From Chloropicon primus (taxonomy: Eukaryota): DNA of 64,000 nucleotides. Shown in pieces: positions 11,109 through 22,500 of the stretch; within the stretch, counting starts at the first letter, position 1, and each line of letters begins with the position of its first letter. A program made the position numbers and the translations under genes. The notes beneath the pieces were generated by a model. It did no database searches, was not told the origin of the DNA, and worked only from the letters and a program-made list of their open reading frames with translations. The stretch is from contig CP060755.1 in NCBI GenBank assembly GCA_023205875.1, positions 1,612,001 to 1,676,000 on the forward strand, given 5' to 3'.

Positions 11109-11490
11109 GCACAAGCACAACGACGACGACGACGACGACGACGGACGGAGAGCGCGCGGAGGAGGGGACTCTCCGAAAAAGACGTTTTTTTTCTCAGCTA
11201 TGATTCTTATTATTATATTCTTTCATTATTCCTTCGGATTGCTTTGTCGACGACACCCCCGCCCCACTCCTCTTGGTCCAAAAGTTGTCCCACACCGACC
11301 GCAGCTGGATTTCGTCCGAGTCAGCACCCCCTATTTTTCTGGCTCCACAAGTGGATAATCCCATGGGAGGATTTCATCCACGGACGGGGGGAAAGAAGAA
11401 ACACAGGAACAGTTGCAACGGAGACCAAAGACCACACCTGCTGCTGCTGCTGCGGCACACGAAGAGGAAAAAAGGAAGAAGCGTCGCGTC

Positions 11491-12114
11491 ATGGTGCTGC
11501 ACGAGGACGGCGACGATGAGGGTGGTGGTGGGGCGTTACGAGGCGTTACGAGGAGGGGTCCCTTCCGCGAGGACCGAAGGAAGGCTCTTTTGCTGGACGC
11601 GAGGGCTTGGATTTTGGAGGCGATCCGGTGCAGCGATGCTTCCCAGCTGCTGGCGACGATCCTGCCGCAATACGAGAGGCTCTTCGGCGAGCCCCCGTCC
11701 GAGCTCGTCGCTCAGCAAGGTGAGCGCTCTCAGGATCTCCTCGCCAGAGGGAGAGTTGCTGACAGTGTCTTTGACTCTTTTTCGTTCTGCTTTCTTCTCT
11801 CTCGTGCTGCTGCTGCTGCTGCCGTCGCCGTGGTCATTTGCAACGCGCGCGCGCGCCCGAAAGACTTCGAGCGGATGAGCCCTGCCTGCTGGATCCGAGT
11901 GAAGAGGCTTCTCACGTACTCCCTCCTCACAAGGCTCCACGAGGAGATCAGGAGGGAGTCCGTTGTTGTCGCTCCTGTCCCAAACCTCAAGGACGGCGAC
12001 GGCGACGAGGACTGCGGGAGGAAGGTGGCTTGCATCGCGGGCTGCCTCAAGCTCATGCTTCAGGAGGAGACCCACCGGATCAGACTCCTGCAGCAGGCCG
12101 GGGCGCCGGTTTGA
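11491..12114 (+). CDS. Hypothetical protein, probable 144-nt in-frame intron at 11720-11863
   Basis: Coding-like codon usage either side of GTGAGC...CTGAC...AAG. No family recognised. Confidence 0.55.
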   Translation: MVLHEDGDDEGGGGALRGVTRRGPFREDRRKALLLDARAWILEAIRCSDASQLLATILPQYERLFGEPPSELVAQQGERSQDLLARGRVADSVFDSFSFCFLLSRAAAAAAVAVVICNARARPKDFERMSPACWIRVKRLLTYSLLTRLHEEIRRESVVVAPVPNLKDGDGDEDCGRKVACIAGCLKLMLQEETHRIRLLQQAGAPV

Positions 12115-12276
12115 TGCACCGCCTTCGGTCGTTCCGCAAAGCGAAAGCAAAGCGCGCCTAGTTTCCTAGTTCCTGTTTCAATATAACTAATGTACACAAC
12201 AAAACGACAAAAAGAATACACACATGTTTTCGTATAATGTACTTTCAAACACCCCGCCTTTGCCCTTGGTCACTGG

Positions 12277-14301
12277 TCACTCGTGGGCTCTGTACCTCAA
12301 GGCAATGTAGACCAGGGCCCTCAGCGCGATCAGCATGCAGAGGAGTATCGAGACTTCCGTTCCCCCGTAGGCGTCCGATTTCACGACGCCGAGGGCCCCG
12401 TAGTCGCAGATCCCCTCCGTGCTCGGGTTCTCTCCGCCGCACTTGGCGAGGGCTCCCCTCAGGTGAAGCTTCACCATGGCCGACCAGCCGTACATGATGT
12501 ACGAAAGGTACTTGGCCCAGGACATCCAGGCGGGCGTCGTCCTCACGAAGAATCCTCCGGTCAACATAATCGTCAGCATCAGTACCGTCGCCGCGGACTG
12601 GGCCCTCTTCAAGTTCAGGAACCAAGCCCCCAGGAAGAGCCCAAGGGACGCCGCGGTGAAGCAGACCAGGAGGACAATACACATACTCAACACGTAAGCT
12701 CCCACGGAAGCTTTGAGACCGACCATGACGTAAATTCCCGTGGACACCAGGAGCGGGAGGCAAGTGTCCAGGGGCAGGTCCGCGAGAGTTCTGCCGAAGA
12801 AGAAGGCCGAGACGCAGTACATCCCACTGGCCCTCTCCTTCATCAGCATGGTCTTCTCGTTCGGGAACGTGAAAATGCTCGAAAAGAGCAACGAGAAGGA
12901 GAGGTATGTCAGCATGAAGAACAAGACGCCGCTGACGTCCATGGCCCCCTCGGTGGTTCCCGTGTTCTTGGACAGGCCTGACTGCCACCACAACATTCCG
13001 CAAAGCACGGCTACGAACATCATCGTGAAGACCGTGTCCACCGAGAACTTCTCGAACCTGCGGTCCTTGAGGGACCGGATCGCGATGACCCGGACTTGAG
13101 TGGCGAAGGTCGCCCCGAGCTCCTTCTTGTACTCCTCCCCGAGGCCGCCGCCACCTTTCTTGTCAATGGCGAGGGGAACCAATGCGGTGTCTGTCCCTCC
13201 CTTGGACTCAAGACCCCTCCCCCTCTCGATCGCGCGAAGGAGGGCCTTGAGCTCGGGGTCCGTGTTCTGCACGACAGATGTCCGATCCTTGGCCTTCTTC
13301 GAGCCGTCGCCGCTCCACCCGGACGCGACGTCCAAAAAGTAGTCCGCGGGATTCATGCCGTACGGCATGGCGTACCCGATCTCGGCAAAGTAATCCGTGG
13401 CCGCCGAGGCGTCGCCGTAGAAGAGCAGGTGACCCTGACCCATCAGCAGGAGTTTGTCCAGCATCTGGTAGATCCTGGAGGACGGCTGGTGGATAGTCGT
13501 CACGATGGTGCGGTTCCCGACCTGAGCCAGGGTCTCCAGGGTCCCGATCAGGTTGAGCGCGGTGGTGGAGTCGAGTCCGGAGGTGGGCTCGTCCAGCAGA
13601 ATCACGGAGGGGTTGTACAGGAGCTCCTGACCGATCGCCACCCTCTTCTTCTCCCCGCCGGAGATGCCTCGCCTGCCCACGCGGAACCCACCGATGATGG
13701 AGCCCTTCACCTTGCTGATTCCCAAGACCTCCAGGATGATGTACACCCTCTCCCTCTTCTCCGCTTCCGTCATCGCCCTCGGCAGCCTGAGCACCGCGGT
13801 GTAGTACAGGGTCTCGAACACCGTGAGCCCCTCGTACAGAGCGTCCTCCTGAGTGACGTACCCGAGCTGGCGCTTGAAGGCCTTGTCGGTGGGCTTGTGC
13901 TGGTCGTTGTACAAGATGCTTCCGGTGTGTCTGGCCTTGTTCCTGCCCGCGAGGAGGGAGATGAAGGTGGTCTTCCCCGAGCCGCTGGGGCCCATGATGG
14001 CCACGACCTCCCCGGGGTTCACCACCCCCGTGATGTTGTGCAGGATCTGCCTCTCCTTCTTGTCCGCACCCTTGATCACTTCGTCCTTACCGCGCCCGAA
14101 CGCCTTCTTCAGCTTGTTCAGCTTGGACATCATACCGGGTACCTCGAAGTGTGCAGGAACGTAGCAGCAGACTTCGTTAAAGGTGAGGTGCATGGGTGTC
14201 TTCGGCTTCGGCATGAAGTCCACCTCCTTGACCACGTTCTTACTCCCGTCCACGTCGATGGGGTGGCTCATGCCACTCAAGTCTATGTGAATGGAGCCCA
14301 T
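12277..14301 (-). CDS. ABCG half transporter, copy 3 (inverted paralog)
   Basis: Same motifs; NBD DNA largely identical to copy 1. First ATG at 14301. Confidence 0.95.
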   Translation of the reverse strand: MGSIHIDLSGMSHPIDVDGSKNVVKEVDFMPKPKTPMHLTFNEVCCYVPAHFEVPGMMSKLNKLKKAFGRGKDEVIKGADKKERQILHNITGVVNPGEVVAIMGPSGSGKTTFISLLAGRNKARHTGSILYNDQHKPTDKAFKRQLGYVTQEDALYEGLTVFETLYYTAVLRLPRAMTEAEKRERVYIILEVLGISKVKGSIIGGFRVGRRGISGGEKKRVAIGQELLYNPSVILLDEPTSGLDSTTALNLIGTLETLAQVGNRTIVTTIHQPSSRIYQMLDKLLLMGQGHLLFYGDASAATDYFAEIGYAMPYGMNPADYFLDVASGWSGDGSKKAKDRTSVVQNTDPELKALLRAIERGRGLESKGGTDTALVPLAIDKKGGGGLGEEYKKELGATFATQVRVIAIRSLKDRRFEKFSVDTVFTMMFVAVLCGMLWWQSGLSKNTGTTEGAMDVSGVLFFMLTYLSFSLLFSSIFTFPNEKTMLMKERASGMYCVSAFFFGRTLADLPLDTCLPLLVSTGIYVMVGLKASVGAYVLSMCIVLLVCFTAASLGLFLGAWFLNLKRAQSAATVLMLTIMLTGGFFVRTTPAWMSWAKYLSYIMYGWSAMVKLHLRGALAKCGGENPSTEGICDYGALGVVKSDAYGGTEVSILLCMLIALRALVYIALRYRAHE

Positions 14302-14473
14302 CTTGCCCGCGTCAAAGGCGACACACTCTTTGCCTTGCCGCCAATCCAATCAATCAATGGGCGTGTTGTGTGGGCTGACGGACCCCTTTTCCCACCACAA
14401 ACGCAAAATCGCAGATTTGGGGTCGATCGAAGAAGCAAGTCCAGGGGGGGGGGACGTAACGATCCTATAACAA

Positions 14474-16268
14474 TCAATCGTCGATGTCGTCCTCGTCGAT
14501 GAGCTTCTGCAGGTTCTTGTGCAGCATCGCTGCTCGCTCCGGGGACATCTTCCGCTTCCCTTTGTCTTCCATGGGCAGCGCGACTGCGACGTCCCCCCCA
14601 GAGGGATTTGCGATGATGAAACTGTCCGTCTGGTTAGAGGGGCTCTCCATCATCGCGCTGGGGTCCGACACATCGACGAGGTGGCTGAGCGCTGCCGCAT
14701 TGGAAGACAGTTTACCACCGAAGGCCTCGTCTCTGGAATTCCCTCCGGAGGAGGACCGGAAGTGGCTGAGGGCAGCCTCGTTTCCTGCCAACTTGCTCTC
14801 GCTCGTGTACAGACCCGGCCTCCTCCTCCTCTTGACCACCACGAAGCTAAGAACGCCCGCGACTGCGAGAACAACGAGCGCTGCCGCTACAGAACCGGCC
14901 AGGATCTCCACCGAGTTCTCGTTCCCCCGCCCCTCGGCCCCCTCCTGCGAGGACGACGACTGCGTTGGACCCATCACGTCCTGATCATCCCCCGCCTTGG
15001 TTCGGAGGACCTCGGAGTTCGAGTTCCCTTCCTTGGCTCCCCCCTCCGGAGGTGTCATCATCGGCTCCGTCGGCCCCGGCTCCGCTTCGGGGAATTCCTC
15101 CTGATCACCCCCCGCCGTGGTTCGGAGGACCTCGGACTTCGAGTTCCCTTCCTTGGCTCCCCCCTCCGGAGGTGTCATCATCGGCTCCGTCGGCCCCGGC
15201 TCCGCCTCGGGGGACTCCTCCGAGGCGCATTCCGGGATGCCCGGTCCCTCCAAAACGATGCTGAAGACGGAGGTCTGGTTTCTAGCCGATATGTTCGCAT
15301 CCAAAACCTGCGGGCCGCAACCCAGCTTGACCTCGAGCACCTCGTCGACTTCCAAGAGGATCCTCCTTCCCGAGGAGAGGACCCCAGGCACGCGTCTGGT
15401 GAACCTGGTGCTTTCCACCTCGCACCCCTCCCCCTTGCAGTCGAGGTCGACCGTGGCCTCGGGACCCAGCATGGAAAGCAAGTTCGTGATGTTAAACTGC
15501 GCGATGGAAGAGCGGAAAGAAGGGAGAATCAGTCAGTCCGAACAGGAAGGGCAAGACGGAGAAGGCCTAAGCAGCAGCACCCGAGTCACTACTTACGTAG
15601 AGGCTGTCCGTCTCGTTCTCGATGATCGCGACGTACTGCCCCTCCTTGCCCGTGGGCAGGAAGGTCACATTCTCATTCGAGAGGAGGCCCTGGTTCAGGG
15701 CGGAGACGAGGTCGCTGTCCGGGGGAAGAGTCAAAACCACCCTGCTCTGGGGCTCTCCTGCCCCCCTCTCCCCCTCCTCAGAAACGGTCTCGTTGGCCAC
15801 CACCACACCCGTCTCGTTCGCGTCGCCCCCCAGCACCGTCGTATCAGCGGCCGCATCCCCCGCAGGCGCGGTCGGCGCGCCGACCTCATCGTCTGCACCC
15901 CCGCTCCCTACGTCTCCAAGTCCGAGCTCCTCGTCCTCGAGGTCGGGGACGGCCTGGGTGTCGAGCGCGAGGTCGGGACCCCCCCCCGAGGCAATGGTAC
16001 CGCTGTCGTAATCCTTCCAGGCGTAGTAGCCCTTCACGAGCTTGTTGTACTTGTGGAAAAAGTCCCAGGTCTGCAAGGACCTCCTCGAGGCGGAAGGCGC
16101 CCCAGTCGCCGCGGTCCCAAGCGCAGCGGAGAGGAGGAGGAGGAGGAGGATGGGGCCCCACAGAGGCCTTAACCCCCCCCTCCGCGTCGCCGCAGCCGCA
16201 GCCGTCGTCCTCGTCGCTTTCCCTCGGACGGAGCGCGGAGACCCCTCCTGTGCTCGTCGTCGCCGCAT
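14474..16268 (-). CDS. Predicted type I membrane/surface protein, 2 exons (16268-15597, 15496-14474)
   Basis: Hydrophobic signal-like segment PILLLLLLSAALG, RRSLQ motif, in-frame splice ...DSLY|FNITNLLSM, acidic Pro/Glu repeat stalk, TM ILAGSVAAALVVLAVAGVLSFVVV followed by KRRRR. Confidence 0.75.
14981..15220. repeat. 120-bp tandem duplication (2 copies) encoding a 40-aa repeat
   Basis: 14981-15100 versus 15101-15220 differ at about 6 positions; encodes PEAEPGPTEPMMTPPEGGAKEGNS twice. Confidence 0.95.
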
Positions 16269-16570
16269 CGTCGTCGTCGTGCCGCGCAACGGTCAATGGA
16301 AGTCAAAGTCAAAGGGTCAAAGGCCTCCCCTCTCTGCCCTCCTCCCTCGGGCCTTTTTGTCTCGGCCTCCTCGTAGGATCCGATTCCGCGGCGGTTACAA
16401 GCCGTTTTTGTGGTGTTTTTTTTTGAATCTTGGCGAGAAAGGAAACGGAAATGTGCGCACGACGGGGCCAAGGCGAAGGAAAGAGAAGAGCCTTTCTTGC
16501 AGTCGTTTGTCGTGTTGAATCACTGTCGCTTTACATGAGTTACTGCAATAATAATATCCCTCCTCCTCTA

Positions 16571-19500
16571 CTACACGAAACCGAAGCCCTGGGCGCCCTC
16601 TCGGATGGCCACCAGGAGCCTCTCCCTCAGCTTCTCCTTGGTCTCGTACTCCGGTATGTCCAGCTGGTTGAAGCACGTGTGGCTCGTCGGGAGGAGTTCC
16701 GTGGACACGAAGGCCTTGTGGATCTGGAACTTTTGGGGTCCGCTGACCCCCTGGAGGGACTTGAAGCCCTCGAGGGGAACCTTGGAGGTCCCCGTCACGA
16801 ACTGCACGAGCCTGGCCATGTCCTCCCTCTTGAGCTCGTTCAGGATCTCCCAGAACCACAGGACGACCTTGCTGGAGGGGAAGTATCCCGTGTACTCGGT
16901 GTTCTGCTTCAGGTCCCCGATGTCGTAGTCGGGCGTCCCGCTGATGATGAGCTCGAGCTCCTTCTCGGTAAAGATGTTCAAGAGATCCTTGCCGATGAGC
17001 TCCCAGAAGCCCTCCAGGAAGGCCTTGATCTGGGACTCGATGGCGTTGGTCATCCTGTGCTTGGCCACAAGGTTCACGTACTCCGCCTTGTTCTCGTTGG
17101 TCACGCTGATTTTGGCGCCGCCGGGCTTCAGCTCGACCACCGACTTCTTGTCAAAGTAGTCCGCCTCCGCCGTGAAGGTGAGCTCCAGGACGCCCTCGAT
17201 GTCGTTCTCGAGCATCCACTTGAGGTTCTTGAAGTAGTCGGGGTCCACGGCCTCGATGTCCTCGTAGGAAAGGGGCTCCCCCAGGAGGTGCTTGTACAAG
17301 GACCTCGTGAAGTAAGCGTCCAGGATCTGCCCGTCCACGAGGGCCTTGGCCACGAATCTGCCCACGAACTTGAAGTACTGCAGGTGGTCGACGCCCTCGT
17401 TCTGGATCATGCTGTTCGGGTTGGGCTGGAAAGTCACCCCGTTCCCTCCTGACGTGAAGAGCGCGAGCTCCTCCTTGAAGATGGCCCGGGACATGACCTG
17501 GTACCACTCCCTGGTCAGGCCTCCGGCGTCCACGCCGTCCTCCCCCTGGAACTGGACGTTGAGCCGGCCCTGCATCTCGTCCGCCGTTCTGTGGCGAAGC
17601 TGGTGGAAAGAGTCCTCGAAGACGCAGTCCCTTCGGACGTTCAGGCGGAGGGAGCCGTGGTGGTGGTCATCGCCCTTGCTGATCCTCCCCCTGAAGTAGG
17701 AGCACTTGTTCTCAAACTCGATGAGGCGAGGGTGCTTGAGCAAAACCTGGAAGTTATCCTCCAGACAGGAAGGGTCGTGACGGATCAGCGAGTTCACCAG
17801 CAGAGAGTGCTTCTCCGCAAAGCTTAGGAAGGTGAGGTCCGAGGCATTGGCGGCCTTGCCCCCGCTGGATCCCTCCTCCATGTTGCTCGTAATTGCGAAG
17901 CACACCATGATGGGGAAGTAGGGCAGGATCCTCTGGGGCGCGAGGGGAACGGCGCCCTCCTTGGGAGCAATCCTCTCAAGAGTCGCCTCAAGGGTGGTCG
18001 CCTGCTTCTCCAGCAGGCGCCACAGCGCTTGGGCTTGCTCCTTGAATCCCACAAAGCCGTCCACCTGGCTCAGCTCAAAGTCTTTGTGCCTCTTCCGCTC
18101 CTGGCCTTTGAGCTGTTCTATCTTCGACGAAATCTTCAAAAGCACGAATCCAGACTTGATGCTCAGGCAGGACGACTCCTTCTCCGAGATCTGCTGGCTG
18201 ACTTCCGACATGCACTGCGAGATGACCGACTGCCCCTCTGCCAGGAGAGCGCTGATCATCTTTTTGGTGTGCTTCACGCTCAGAATCGTGCAGACATAGC
18301 TCATGATCTTCTGAACGCAGTCCAAAGGCGGCCTCTCCACAACCATAGCTAAGAGAGCAGGAAGGAGCTCCAGGTAGGTGGAAGAGAGGGCTTGAACAGC
18401 TTGCTGACACTGGGCTTCTGGCAGCCGAGCGGGTTCAGATTTCTTGGGCTTGCTCTCCTCCTTCTTCTTGTCCCCCTCCTTCTTTTTCGCCGCTTCCCTC
18501 TCTTTCAAGATCCATCTCGTCACATTATTGAGGACTCCTTCAAGAAGCTGCAGCACCAAGTCAAACATGCCACTGCGGCTGCCGTTCTCAAACTCACTGG
18601 AGAGCAGCATGAACAGCTGCTCAACAATTGTCGTGCTGTCGTCCTCTCTCCTTGCAGCCTTGCCCTTCTTGTCCCTCGAAACTCTCTTTCTCTTGTAAGA
18701 ATGCGTCAAGAGCATCATAGATATCTCTGCATCGTGCTTGATCAAATACATGAGCAGGGACATGATCCTCTCCAAGATGAGAGTGGGGACCCCATAAGTA
18801 GATTTCTGAGCGAAATGAGCGTCCCCTTGGCAACCATACAACCAGTAGTCACCCCGCTTTGATTTGCTGGGATCCGAGCCCTTTGCCTTCTCTGCCCCAG
18901 GCTTGCCTTTTTGCATCGAATGACCCAAAATTTCCGAGAAGCAAGCAAGCAAATGTCTGCATGACTCCGGATGCCCGCAAATATTCATGAGCACTCTCTG
19001 CATCAGACCTTTTCCAAGGGACGAGGCTACGCGAAAGAGGCGAACGACGGAAGCAACACCATCCTTGGAGATGGGAGGCTGGGAGTGGGAAAGAATTTCC
19101 CTCCTGTTTGCCAACTTGTTCCCATGCGCGCCCCGCTTCCCTCGGGGGGGTCCGTTGTTCTGTCCGCCCTCAAGATTTTGAGCCAGAATAAGCCGCCCCG
19201 GAAATGAGTTCCTGCTTGGCCCCCCATTTCTCTGAGTCACGGCACTGTAAGAGGAGTCTTGCCCAAACGTGTAGGTCTGAAACGACCTCGAGTTCACCCT
19301 CTCACGAGCATTCTGCGCTTCCGCGAGCACATCTGGTGGCAATGAATTGATAATGCTTTCATCGAGTGTCAGCAGCACCTCTTCGCGAATCTCCGGGGGG
19401 AACGTTGCGATAATGCTTGCGATATCCATTTCAGCACCAGAAGTTGCTGCTTGCTGAGCTCTAGCATTCCGAGCGCTTTGTTGCTGAGCAAGGACTTCAT

Positions 19501-22500
19501 TCTGGATGTCAAGAGGCAAGGCTGCCAGGAACTCTGGATCAAGGTCCTGAGCTGACTCTTGTGCAGTCCTCAGCTCTTGGACTCCGGACGTCCTCTGGGT
19601 CTGACGTGCTCGCCCCTGAGAAAGGACCTCCTCTCTCAAATTCTCTGGCAACGCCTCAAGGAAGGCAGGGTCAATGCTGGGATTGGTAGCCCCTTGGGAA
19701 GCGACCGCCTGTTGGACAGGGTTCTGATTTGGTTGCTCGGCACTTGGATTCTGCTCCGATGTACGCGTGCTCGTACCTTCAGCGCCTGCACTTCCTCTCT
19801 CACGACTTTGGGAGTCTGGCACCCCCCTTTCCTCGCCTTGGCCCGACTTCTCTTGGCTAGAGGTGCCCGCGTCGCTAGGACCCGCAAGTTTCGGTTTGAC
19901 ATCCTCTTTCTTCACCGTGACATCCATTGCAGATTCAGGAGGAACGTCTTTCTTCATCGAGACACACCTTTCAATCAGCTCCTCTATCTTTTGCTCTGTC
20001 GCCCTCGCAGAAAGGGTTGTGGACAAACCACTGAGCGCGTTTCTCCCATTCTTAGAATTGTTGGGACCCTGGGCAGCAGTTTCCCGCGAGCTGAAGACAT
20101 TGAAACCTTCGTTTTGAGCCTCCACCTGCCATACACTCCGCGGCGATGCTGATCCAAACGAATCCACCAAATTTGCCAGCCTCTGGTGTACCCCCATTCT
20201 GTTCACACTCCCTTGCATGAATTCACTCTCCCAGAACAAGCTTGTGGAGTTGCTTGTGCTTGGATAGTTTCTGTAGTTTCTGTAGTCTTGGATTCCGAAA
20301 CTACCTCTCGAATTCGACGGACTGTAAAACGGGTTGAACAAAGGATGAAGACCGGTGGGGTTCCGGCTTCCCCGAGCAAGGCTCTGAAGTCTCCTCGGCG
20401 CCAGCGGCTCGTAAAGCCCGTCGTCAGAGACACCAAGAGCTCCGAAGAAGTTGTCCAAAAGAGGTATGCCTGTTTGCAGGCCGACGGATTCCCTCGCAGA
20501 AATTGCGCCACTGTTGTTGAACCGCATTTGGAATGGCGAACGCACTCGCACTTCTATCACGGGTGAATCAGACCATTCCTCCTCACTGTTATCGTCGCGT
20601 TCATGGAATACATATTCGTCTTCATTGTCAAGCATATCATTGTGCTCTCCCAAAGACCCACCACTTGATGTTGGACTCTCGATGTCAACCTCCGACATTC
20701 TCAGCAATGTCCTCGAGTGCGGGTGGAAACCTGCGTCATCGTCCCCAGAGACATGAGCATGCCCATTCATATCATCCCCCTGATGATCATCGGCACCGTC
20801 ATTGACTCTGCTGACCACAACTTGGAATCCCTCCGGCTGATTGACTCGTTCCCCTCCTCCATCGGATTCACTAATGTTCGAGAGGGATGAACTTGACGTA
20901 GAGCGAGACAACGACTCTCCTTCGCCATCTGACTCGGATATCAACTCAGATGATGGCTCAGATTCAACAAGATCAGAGATCAGAGACGAATCCGAGTCCA
21001 TGGCATTATCATCCTCGCTATCATTCTCCATGTCATCCATATGCGCGTCTTCTTCCGGATCATAGCCTCCTAGACTGCGGTATTGAACGTTCCTGAAATT
21101 CCTTTCATGTCTGTCTAGGTTCGGGGACGAAAATCCACGGCCACTTCCAAGTCCAGATGCATTTGTGTGCGGACAAATACCACCAGCACCAGATCCTTTC
21201 TTTCCGTCGTTTGCTTTAACTCTAGCAGCGACCGCAGCCGTATTGAGAGACTCAAGGATGGTATTCAGAGGCCTCAGAATTGTATTCAATACCTTGGACG
21301 CCTCTGGATTGTGCAAGTCTACGTTGTTAATGGCGCATACCAGGCCATCAACCACCTTCAGCTTCTTCATGTCCTGCACGACATTCTTCGACCAGGACTC
21401 GTCGGTTAAGTGCGCCACCTTGACTCCATTGAACATGTTTGAATTGGAAAGCAACGAGTTCACGAACTCCACGTAAGCTCTCAGTTTGCTTACTTCCACT
21501 GGTGTGTATCCAGCACTGGAGTACGAAGGCAAGGCCATCAAGCGACTCACAATGTGGTTCAGAATCTTAGGAAGAGCTAGACTACTGCACGAACAGACAG
21601 CAACAAGAAACAAGGAGCTCTTTTCAGCTATAACGGCTGGCTGAGACGACCTTTCCTTTATTTGAAGGGCGGCAGAAGGCTTTTTCTGGCTTTGAAGGTG
21701 CAGCAAACGATCTATGATGAAGCTGAGGACATTATTAGTGTCCGCTTCAACCTCAAGAATGTAATGCACACAAGATGAGTAATGGATGCAGAAGTCAGTC
21801 AGGATTGACAAGCACGTGGACACGGAATTGCGCAACCAGGTTTGCTTTGCCTCCCCATCCTTGTCTTCGCACGCGCTATCGTCCTGGTTCGTTTTTTCCT
21901 GCAGCAGGCTGGCATTCGATATAATCTTGTTCAGCAAATCCTGAACCACGGACGGAAAGACGACCTGGGAAGCTTTCAAGTTACGCTTCAAGGCGGTCAT
22001 TCTTGCTTGCACGCTTTTGCTCCTTCTAAGCAATTCCGCACCTCTCTTGCCCTGAACTTTTTGGGAGTAATCCTCCAGCGCATCCCGGCGTAGAGATATG
22101 TAGAGCATCCCGTTCTCTCTTTGAAGCTCGCAAACTGAAGATACCGCCAGTCTGAAGATTTTCTTGTCCCTCGAATAGAAGGGGAGGAAAGACTTGGAGA
22201 CGGTCTTCAACTCCACTTTTTGAAGGTGCCTGTGCTTGGGATGCAATTTCAGGACTCCACAGATCTGCAACTCCATGGCATCTTGGAGAGTCATCTCATC
22301 CTCTACTATGGATCGAAGAATTGTAGAGATCAGACCTTCAAGAGCAGGAAATTGGTTCTCTGATGGAATGCTGAGGATGGTGTCCACCATACCCATATTG
22401 TACAACTTGAGTGCAATCGCATGGTCTCGGCAGACCGTGGCTATCACTTGCAAACATGCCTGGCACAACTCCTTCCTCAGAGATACGGTGTATTCTTTTT

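Noticed and set aside
11351..11381. Hairpin GTGGAT-AATCC...GGATT-TC-ATCCAC in intergenic DNA
   Set aside because: Isolated stem without properly spaced boxes or a recognisable RNA family.
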